Below are positions 10,854 to 20,300 of a DNA stretch of 64,000 nucleotides, in pieces (position 1 is the first letter of the stretch; the number at the start of each line of letters is the position of its first letter). The stretch is from Promethearchaeota archaeon (GTDB lineage: Archaea > Asgardarchaeota > Lokiarchaeia > Sigyniarchaeales > SOKP01), in NCBI GenBank assembly GCA_019058445.1, contig JAHPZA010000009.1, positions 416,001 to 480,000 of the forward strand, in the 5' to 3' direction. Below the pieces are notes generated by a model that ran no database searches, had not been told where the DNA came from, and saw only the letters and a list, made by a program, of their open reading frames with translations. The translations under genes were made by a program, and so were the position numbers.

Positions 10854-11801
10854 ATGGATAATAAGAATTTTAATCGGAATAGAAAAAAAAAAGGAGCTCA
10901 ACGTGGTCGCAAAAGTGAATATGATAAAAGACGTACTCATCAAGAAGTTCAACAAATTAAACATGAATTAATTAATTTTGCTAAAACATCATGGGGCCAG
11001 CAATGGATTAAATCAATTTTAAAATTTGGACGCCCATTTAGAATGCAGCGTGGAATTGAATATGCCAAAGACGATAGGAGAATAGAAAATCTTAGGATAA
11101 ATAAAGGTCAGATTTTTGCCACAGTACAAGGAACTGCTCCCACTCCATATCGGGTTAAGATAAATTTCGAAATCATTCCGGACAAGATTTGGAAAACTAT
11201 ATTGGATTCTCTGGCAGAAAAAATAATTAATCTAACAATGCTTTTGGATGGTATATTGCCAGAGGAAATTGTAAATATCTTCAAGAAAAATAATTTTCCT
11301 TTATTCCCTGATGCATCTAAAGATATAAAAGCAGAATGTTCTTGTCCCGATAAAGCGGTACCATGCAAACATATAGCTGCTGTAATATTATATATTTCAA
11401 AAGTTCTTGATTATGACCCTTTTATTTTATTAAAAATCAGAGGGAAATCCAAAAAGGATGTTTTAATTGCCTTAAGTTTAGCTCAAAAGTCTGAAAGCGA
11501 TTCAATGACTATTAGATCTAATGAATCTGTTGAAAAAGAGGATAACATTAAATTTTCCTTTAATGTACCAAAAATTTCAGTTCCAGAACTATTATCAGAT
11601 AAAACTACTTCAAAGAAGAAGGGTTTTGAAGAAATAAGTTTTAAATTCAAAAAACCTGGAAAGTTAATAGAAACCTTTGAGAATTTAGGAATACCTCAAA
11701 GTATCGATGATCCAAAAGCTTTTGAAATTGTGCTAAAAAATATTTATCAGACTATTAGTTTAGAATTTTATAAAAAATCTATGAAAAAAGAAAAGAAATG
11801 A
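10854..11801 (+). CDS. SWIM zinc-finger protein, partner of the SNF2 ATPase
   Basis: CSCPDKAVPCKH (CxCx5CxH), RMQRGIEYA, ATVQGT..PYRV and DPFILL..RG. Starts 14 nt after the SNF2 stop with an AAGGAG ribosome-binding site. Confidence 0.92.
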   Translation: MDNKNFNRNRKKKGAQRGRKSEYDKRRTHQEVQQIKHELINFAKTSWGQQWIKSILKFGRPFRMQRGIEYAKDDRRIENLRINKGQIFATVQGTAPTPYRVKINFEIIPDKIWKTILDSLAEKIINLTMLLDGILPEEIVNIFKKNNFPLFPDASKDIKAECSCPDKAVPCKHIAAVILYISKVLDYDPFILLKIRGKSKKDVLIALSLAQKSESDSMTIRSNESVEKEDNIKFSFNVPKISVPELLSDKTTSKKKGFEEISFKFKKPGKLIETFENLGIPQSIDDPKAFEIVLKNIYQTISLEFYKKSMKKEKK

Positions 11802-11817
11802 AAAAGTGTGGATAAGG

Positions 11818-11970
11818 CTATTGAAATGCTCTTTTCCTATAATAATTCTTGAGTATTTTTTCCCATTTTTCACCTAATTCTGGTAAATCAGTGTCATAGA
11901 AGAGATTTACCGCTCGTTCTAATATCTTTGCAATATTATTTTCATATTTTTTAATATCATTGTCAACCAT
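11818..11970 (-). CDS. Small 50-aa hypothetical protein, below the ORF-track cutoff
   Basis: ATG (cat at 11968-11970) to TAG (cta at 11818-11820) gives MVDNDIKKYENNIAKILERAVNLFYDTDLPELGEKWEKILKNYYRKRAFQ. It fills the gap convergent with SWIM and has amphipathic-helix composition. Confidence 0.6.
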   Translation of the reverse strand: MVDNDIKKYENNIAKILERAVNLFYDTDLPELGEKWEKILKNYYRKRAFQ

Positions 11971-12011
11971 AATAAATCTAAATGATTTATTGAAAGTATT
12001 AAACCAATGTA

Positions 12012-12079
12012 ATATAGTGATGTCTGGAGCGTGTATTCGAAAAAGATATTTACAAAATATCTAGAAAATATCTGAATAT
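12012..12079 (+). ncRNA. Possible box C/D-like small RNA
   Basis: Box C-like GTGATGT at 12017-12023, box D CTGA at 12072-12075, a 4-bp ATAT/ATAT terminal stem, and a GC-rich 13-nt guide-like stretch followed by D'-like TCGA (12037-12040). The C' box is poor. Confidence 0.25.
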
Positions 12080-12184
12080 ATTTTCTACAGAACATATATC
12101 TTTTTTAAAAAACTAAATTTAAATTAATTAAAGATATAATTTATTTTAATAAAATAAGCAAATAAGAAGGGTTGCTGCCTAGGC

Positions 12185-13141
12185 TTGGAAAATCTCTTTC
12201 GTACTCTATTAAAAAATTACATGAATGATGTGGATGGGGTAATTGCTATTGCCATATGTGATAGAGATGGATTCATTATCGCTTCTGAGGATAGAGCGGA
12301 ATTTAACAATGAACCTGTAATTGGAGTATTATCGGCAGTATTAGATACTTACATAGATAGAATTAAGGACGAATTTGGAACAACCAGTAATTTTATGAAT
12401 ATCACAACTACTGGAGATAAAAAATTTGCTTATTGCTCTATGGGACCAAACTCAATTTTAACTAGTATTGCAACACAAACTACTACCGATATTGAATTAA
12501 GAGTTTATTCAGAACATATTGCAAGTAAAATAGAGTTAATTATATCTGGAAACGATAAAGTATCCCTTGAAATACCAGAAATTATTAGAACGCTTTCGAA
12601 AGTAAAAGGGGGAAAATTGCCAACAGGAGATTATTCTACTAAACTAATTCTCTGTGGAGATTATATGGTTGGAAAAACTTCTCTCATTAAAAGATTTGTT
12701 GAGGATAAGTTTCAAGAGAGTTATCTCGCTACTTTAGGAGTAGAAATCTCTAAAAAATCGTTAGAATTAGCAGAAACCACAGATATTAATTTTATAATCT
12801 GGGATATCGCAGGACAAAGAACTCAGATGGAAGCATATAAAAGACGTTTTTATAGCGGAGCAAACTCCGCATTTATAGTATTAGATAGAACAAGAGAAGG
12901 TAATTTAAAGAGTATTGAATATTGGTATAAAGATATCAAACAAGCAGTGAGAGGCAATATCCCTATTGTAATTGTCGGAAATAAGTCGGATTTAGAAGAT
13001 AAAATTGTTATTTCTGAGAAAGAGATTAAAGAGATAACTGACAAGTTTGGATTTCACTACATACTGACATCTGCAAAAACAGGTGATAATGTAAATGATG
13101 CCTTTCTTTATATTGCTTACCGTTTTTTAGAAATGGTGTGA
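12185..13141 (+). CDS. Roadblock/LC7 domain-Rab-like small GTPase fusion
   Basis: N-terminal roadblock pattern (DGVIAIAICDRDGFIIAS...GVLSAVL). GTPase motifs: G1 GDYMVGKT, G2 YLATLGVE, G3 WDIAGQ, G4 NKSD, G5 TSAKTG. TTG start. Confidence 0.9.
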   Translation: MENLFRTLLKNYMNDVDGVIAIAICDRDGFIIASEDRAEFNNEPVIGVLSAVLDTYIDRIKDEFGTTSNFMNITTTGDKKFAYCSMGPNSILTSIATQTTTDIELRVYSEHIASKIELIISGNDKVSLEIPEIIRTLSKVKGGKLPTGDYSTKLILCGDYMVGKTSLIKRFVEDKFQESYLATLGVEISKKSLELAETTDINFIIWDIAGQRTQMEAYKRRFYSGANSAFIVLDRTREGNLKSIEYWYKDIKQAVRGNIPIVIVGNKSDLEDKIVISEKEIKEITDKFGFHYILTSAKTGDNVNDAFLYIAYRFLEMV

Positions 13142-13260
13142 TTTTTGATTATGGTTTTAAATTAGAACACACTTCTTTATTAAATTTGTTTTATTAATTA
13201 AACTCAAATTGTTCAAAAAATTGGATTTAAAAATTAAAAAATTACAAGAGGTGGGAGTAA

Positions 13261-14193
13261 ATAGTCTTAACGGTTGCTTTCAATGATATACACGCTCAGT
13301 GAGACACTAGAGGCTATTTAATGGGATTTTCGATAAAAGAGATTACGTTCAAACAAAAATATCTTTTATACTTAACAGAACCAGAGCTGGCAGGTCCGTG
13401 GTTTAGTTTTAAATTAAAGGGAAAAAGGATAGGAACAATACCAGTTGTACTTAAAAATATTGAACCTACCCCGATATATCAGTTAGTAAATAGCAGAAAA
13501 GGTACAAAAATAGATCGTATTACATTAGATTTCGATATTAGGGAATATCTCAAAAAATTGATACGTGAAAATAAATTAAACCCCTTAAAATTTAAAGATG
13601 AAGAACATCTAATCCGATTATACATTGATGTTTTCTTGCGTAGAGGTCAAGCACCATACATGAATACATATTTTACCTTAAAAAATAATTCTGATTTTGA
13701 TTTAATTGACTTTTCTATGATTTTCATATTTGACTTTGATATCAACGGTCTAGAAGGTTTTGACAATGATTTATCTGGATATGATGAAGAGAATAACATA
13801 ATATATCAATATGATAAAACCGGTATTCATGCGGGTTTTTCTACAATTTCTAAACCAACTGGCTTTGAAACAAGCTTAACAAAAGATTTCCATTTAGGAA
13901 AGGGGAGATTAAATTTATCAAATACATTAAATGAAAGTGAAGGTGAAATTCTGTCAGCACTCCAAATTGAATTTAAAACTCTCGAACCAGAACATTCCTT
14001 TCAAACAGCCTTAACGATATCTGGGGGGTATAGTAGAGAAGAATTATTCGAAAATATCATTGAGGGACGGAGAGATGCTATGAAATATCTAAATCAAGTT
14101 TATAGATCTATCAGATCAGAACAGAGGAATAAACAAGAAGTAGCATTTATAAAATTGAACCTCCAAGAAGCTGAAGGGTGTAAAGATTGATAA
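13261..14193 (+). CDS. Candidate selenoprotein of unknown function (beta-rich). The core ORF is 13321..14190; the extended form reads through UGA at 13300 and/or 14188
   Basis: The core 289-aa ORF is solid. The in-frame upstream extension reads ATA GTC TTA ACG GTT GCT TTC AAT GAT ATA CAC GCT CAG TGA GAC ACT AGA GGC TAT TTA ATG, with GAGGTG 7 nt before the ATA. The 3' end is TGT AAA GAT TGA TAA (CKDU*), followed by a SECIS-like hairpin. Confidence refers to the Sec call. Confidence 0.65.
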
Positions 14194-14273
14194 ATCCATT
14201 TTAATGATTCAAATAAAAAAGCCGTTAATGGAAAGTTATTTGAGGAGAGCCTTGTGTTGGTTAGGATTTATTA
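14188..14273 (+). promoter_or_regulatory. Eukaryote-type SECIS element in the 3' UTR
   Basis: Helix I: TGATAAATCC 14188-14197 with GGATTTATTA 14264-14273. Core: ATGAT 14204-14208 opposite GGAG 14244-14247, giving tandem G.A/A.G pairs. Helix II: TCAAATAA 14209-14216 with TTATTTGA 14236-14243. Apical unpaired AAAA at 14217-14220 plus a mini-hairpin CCG-TTAA-TGG. Confidence 0.72.
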
Positions 14274-14336
14274 TAAAAACTATTATATGAGTATAGTAAT
14301 AAAAAATAAAATTAAGAAATTAAAAAAATATTTAAA

Positions 14337-17300
14337 TTATTCTTCTGAATTTTGTTTTGCTTTTAAGGTAAGATAGGTATCTTCAAGGATATTCAGATAT
14401 TCAATTAAAACATTATCGCTTTTAGATTTTTGGTCATATCCATTCTTAATAATTTTCAAAAGGTACTTCGGGAATATGAGATCCAAGTTAAAATCTGAAA
14501 GGAGAGCATAATATTCTGTACTGTTTTTATCTTGAAGGACGGAGATCAAATTCGCTTGCCATAGCTGTTTTAATACTAAGTTAATATCTGTAACACCTTT
14601 CTTTTTAAGCTTCTCTAGTTCGTTTCTAGTGACAATCGCGGTTCTTAATAATCGGAGTGTTTCATAAACTTGGGGATTACCTATAGTCTCAATTACTTTA
14701 ATATTATCTTCTTTAGATGGATGATAAGTTTGGAAGAATTTACTGATCTCATTAGAATATGCCTTTGCAAGCTGTGGTGGTAAACCATGAGCTTCAGGCT
14801 TTTTTAGTAATTCTATTGGAGGAACTCTGATCATATAAATATCATTGATTAAAAAGACCAATTCTGAAGGGAGTCCTTTAATCGAACTTTCTTTGACAAT
14901 CTCCATTTTTACGAGCTCTGCCAGAATATTTGCTAAATCAAAAAACCCTTCTTTGTATTTATCTTTAAGCCAGACCATTAGTTCTGATTTGGAAATAACG
15001 CCTTCTTCTCTAAGCCGATTTATAATCATCCGTTTGATTTCATCTTGATAAATATATGCAATTCGTCCTTCGGCGGTTAGGTTTGGGAACATAGCCAATC
15101 TCTGAAAGAGCGAAGAAATAATATGTAAATAAGAATCATCCTCTAAATTCTGTAAGATAATTCGTAAAATATCTGCCATTGCATCCTCATAAAGATCAGG
15201 ATCATCATCTAAATTTAACACTAAGACAAGGTAATAACCTTTTTCAGCTCCAGTATAGTATGATAAGATATTTGAATTGCCAGCCATTAAATTTACTGCC
15301 CCTGATTCTCCTGTATATTCATGAGTCCCATAGATTTGCATTAATGTCTTTTTAGTAATTTCAATTCCTTCTGGGTATTGAACTACAATTTCAGTACCAA
15401 CTCTTTCATTCCATCTCATAAGAATTAATCCCTTTGGTATAAGATCACTGCTTCTTTTTGTAGCAATGAGTTTTTGCTTTACTTTTAGTACTTCTTCAAC
15501 TTTTTGGATTTTTGTCCCCAGCATAGCTTCCAAAGAAACTCCAATTGTCTGCCATTTATCTTTTACTAAATGGGCCATATACATCTCTTTCGAAGGATAT
15601 AATAGCGAGGTATTGATATCGTCATTATTTTTAATTAATTTTTTCATCGATCTAAGTTTTTTAACAAATTCCGGGATCTTCATCAATTGAATATATTTAT
15701 AGGTCCCAAGACTACCTACGATTGCACCAATAGCCGCAATGAGCAATAGAAGATAAAAAATGGGTATGCTTACTACTCCAGGAATTACTTCGATCTCTTC
15801 CATTTCGATTACAATTGTAATATCAGTGTCTTCTGAAGTGTAATTCGCTTTTGAGATTTTAATAGTTCCAGTAATGGTGTTTGAGGTAAAGAACGCTTCA
15901 TAATCATCAGTTTCAAATTCCACTTCATACACTCCATCCTCAACCTCTTCAAACTCAAGCTCATCATCACCAATCTCTAAAATAACCGTTGCGTCCTTTA
16001 ATGGAATATCTCCCTTGGTTGGATCGGTTAATTCTATTGAAAGTGTAATTGTTTCTCCTTTCACTACACTGGTTTGTTTATCTTCAAACATATCTCCAAG
16101 ATCATACTCGATCTCTCTCTCATTAATAGTTAGAAATATGATTGCCTGTTTCGACTCGTAATTCTGTTTATCTAAAGTAACCCATACCGTATATCTTCCA
16201 ACTGCCATTAATTCAGTATTAATATCTAAAACATATTCACTGTCAGAATTAACATATAAATCTCCAGTTCCATATAAAACTGATTGACCTGCTCTTATTT
16301 CTGTCATTGAATAACTTTGTGTTTCCAAATCGATTATATTGGTAAGATATTGTTCATCAATATAGGAAAAAGTAAAATTTAATTCATCTTGGACATATAT
16401 AACTGGATATAAATCAACATTAATTGATGAATCGCTAATTAATGTCAATCGTTCTTGCACCTCTATCTCCAAATCTTTTGAAATATCCGAGATATAATGT
16501 TCTTTAATTACCTCAAACCGAATGGTATAATCACCGGCATTAATTAAGGAAGTATTTATAGTTTGCTGATAAAATCCTAAATTCTCATAATATTGAACGG
16601 TTCCGGATATATCAGGGGCTTCTCTTATAACATAAGTAACTAATCCAGTAGTTTCATAGAAAACAGTTCTTGAATAACTTATCCTAAAAGAAAGTGTAAA
16701 ATTTACGAGTTGGTTCGTTTCTATAGAAGCTGAATATATTAAATTCTTGTAAATCTTTGCTAGCGAAAATGTCCCTTCTCCTTGAAGAGTATCTGAAATG
16801 CTATACGTTTGCCCTCCAATTGTGATATTCATTGCTAACTCTGATGGAAAAAAATAGTGACTTCCATTGTTTATTTTACTAATCAATAATTCTGTACCTT
16901 GATCGTCAAAATTACTGGTGAAAACAATATTGAATTCTCCTCCATTAGGCAAATCTTGCTTGGATATAGTTGTACTAATATTTTCTAAATGTTGATTCCA
17001 GTAAAATCCTTGATAATATTCAACTGTAATATTGACATCAAACATGATATCTGAAATATTAATAATATCAAAAAAGAATTTATCATCAATTGGATATATC
17101 GTTATATTGTCAATAGTTAAGCCTGCATTTCCATTACCAAGGTATTCTAATGTAAAATTATAACCCTCATTAGTAGTAATTTTTGATATTGCTATAGTTG
17201 GATTAGATATAGGACTCCAATCTGAAGTATTAAAGCAATTATAAATTTCAAAAGTTATGTTTTTAATTATCCAGCCATTAACACATGATAAAATGTTTAT

Positions 17301-20300
17301 TTCATCTGTCACATTGAATTGGTAGTATTTTAAATTAATTTTATCTCTAAATAAATAGGTATCAGCAATAATATCTACACTACCGTCAAATGAACCCCCA
17401 ATTGTAAAATTAAAAATGTTATCTCCCGTAGAACTGCTTATGTCTAAGTCAAGAGTTATCCCTTTCCACCAGCCTTGAGGATAATTGTATTCACTGCCTA
17501 AATCAGTAGCATTAGTTTTATGCCACATCCAAAAATTATTATTTGGATCTATAATAGTAATATTTATCTCGTCCTCAGCTACATTCCAAGAGATATTATA
17601 AATATCGAATGTTATTCGCGATAAATTCCAATCCATAGAGATATCGGGCATTGAAAAGGTAAAAGAATGATCAACATCTTGAAAAATATCATCCTCGATA
17701 ACAATCTCTTCAGAAATTTCCCCATAAGGTTTTACTGACAGGTCAATGTTTTCTAGCCAGAAATCCTCTTGAATAGAATCATCGTTTTCCGATTGATTTA
17801 ATATTAATCCATTTTCTTCCAAATCCAATGAGAGCGCTAAGTCTGAAGGTAGAATATATCCAGATTTTAGAGCTTCTATTTTAATTATATATACTACGTT
17901 GCTTTCTAATCCGTCAGTTTCAATTTCACATAGATGTCTTCCTATGTAATCTTCTTCTATGGGTATTGTTCCTGATTTAACGAGTGTTGATCCAATAAGT
18001 ATTTGATATGACATTATATCTGCGTACGTTGGTCCTAATAAATGGTTAAATTTTGCTTCACTTACTTTAGTAACATTGAATAAAGCCCTTAATTTTAATT
18101 TTGAGCCCCATTTAATTTTAATATTATCGGTGGGATTTAAGGAAACAATAGTTGTTTCAAATTGTTCTAGTTCTCCTTGAGAAAGCTTAATCCTGAGAAT
18201 ATAAGCGAATTCAGCCGTTAGAGAAAAATTGGCAGCATATACCATATCCGCTGTGACATCTGTCATATTAAATTCCCAATCTACTCCATAAAATTTGATT
18301 CTTAAAGAATAATTGTAAAAAGTATTGGTGATTAACCATCTAAAAGTTACCTTTCCATCTAAACTCGTAGTTAAATTTACTACGCTATCCCCGGAGGTAT
18401 GATTACTTACTAGTAATTTAACTCCACTCACTGGCTCAGATCCGTCCTCTATATAAACGGTAAAATTTGCTGTTGTTAAATTTACTTTTACATCAATTGT
18501 AATATTTGGATTAGATATATCTCCTGATGCCAAAATAAGTTTTTGTGGTTTATAGGTATTATCTAAATAATATAAGGTATAATTGTATTCATATGGTGTA
18601 ATATTTACCCACCAAAATCTTGCTTTTCCAGTATCATCAATTGTGCAATTCTGAAGATTGTGTGAATAATTACCAACTATTATCCACCCAGAATCAACAG
18701 GACTTCCATCGACATCTGTTATATTAAAGAAATTTGTGCTAACATTGCAAATTAAATTAATAGTTTGATAAGTATCATTTATTAGAATTGCCTCTGAGGT
18801 AATATTTATAATTTCAAAATGTTTTCCAATGTCTGATGTCATAGTAGCGGTAAAATTATATTTACTTAAATATACATTTGTGAATGAAACGCACCCTTCA
18901 GTATCAGTAATATCGCTACTAATTAACTCAGAAAGCTGATACATAGAAATATTAACATTAGCTATTGAATTGCCATATAAATCATTCGCTTTAACTTGAA
19001 GATTTTTGCAAATTGTCTTGTTTACAACAAGCTCCGCTCCTATAGAATAAAAATTGTTTGGATCATACTGATTGTTATATTCTGTTATAAGCCAATTATT
19101 AGAATACATAATGTCTGATATTCTAACCTCGTCTATTAATCCATCGAAATAATAATCTGGTAAAAAGGAGAATTGAAGATCTTTAACACTACTCACACTA
19201 GCCATAGGATAAATGTCTGTTCCTGATCCTATTTCAAATCCATCTTTATAAATCCGAATTCTATCGTTAGATCTATCAAGTACCCCAACGATATATATCC
19301 ACTCATCAAATGTAACGCTAGCACTATAACTTCCGACATTCCTTGCTCCATCAGTTACGTGAAAAGCAAGACTCGTTCCACTGGCATCTATAGAAAAACA
19401 ATAACCTGAATCCGATATGGTTGATGCTCCTTTATAGAAAGGAATTTGGGTATCTTCAGTACTATCATCAACTTTTAGCCAAAAGCTAACTGTAAAACTT
19501 TGTAGACCAAAATCAAGATGTCCATCAGTAGGATCCCCTATATCAACCGTTCCATCTGTGCCAAACTCATAAGCACTATCAATTTGTCCATTTGAGGGTC
19601 GAACTACAGAAGAAGAGACCGTTCCATCTTCTCCATAAAAAGTAGAGTCTTGAGCTTCACCACCTGATTCTGAGAGATGCCATACTCCCTGATAATTAGC
19701 ATTCCATACCCCTGTAGGATTTTCCCTCGAACCCATAGTGATATTTCCATAATACATTCGAATAATAGTATTTATTGAAGTTGACAGGACTGGAATACGA
19801 ACCCATGCTACTAATTGAGCATGAGTACCGTTATAAGTTTGGTTAAATAGCTCTAACTCGTGATCCAACCATGTAGATCCCAAAGCAAAAGCTATGTCAT
19901 TACCATTTGATTGAACATCGTCATGTAAGTCTACATCTTCAAGAGAAATAAGCACTGTAAAATTAGTAAGACTACCCGATCCAGGGATCTTCGAACTGTC
20001 AATTATTATTAGTTTATAGAAATTAAAATTATCCGCATCAGAGGGAGTATCTTCATCAACTTTGATGGCATTACTAATAGAATAAAAACTATCAGGATTA
20101 TATTGGTTATTGTATTCGGTTGCTACCCACCCAGAAGATCGAGCTAGATTTGAAATTCTAAGTTCATCTATTTGCCCATGATATTGTCCGCCATATGAAT
20201 AATCAGGACGTTTACCAAAGTATATGACTTCTCCAATACTTAAAATATCTCCAGAAGCATCATTACTCGATACTAACGCTCCATTTACATAAGCAAAAAA

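Noticed and set aside
2578-11368. Small overlapping ORFs 2578, 3419, 7239, 7659, 8595, 8889 and 11108 (likewise 12850, 56168, 56670, 57855, 58536, 58636)
   Set aside because: They lie antisense to or out of frame within well-supported genes and carry no motifs.
3612-11801. MTase plus SNF2/SWIM as a defence island (DISARM/BREX-like)
   Set aside because: They are separated by hisB and a membrane protein, and no other defence components are present. SNF2+SWIM is a common stand-alone pair.
11799-13141. TGA stops of the SWIM gene (11799-11801) and the roadblock-Rab gene (13139-13141) as possible Sec codons
   Set aside because: No Cys/redox context and no SECIS-like hairpin seen directly behind them. 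The Rab paralog ends at nearly the same position with TAA.
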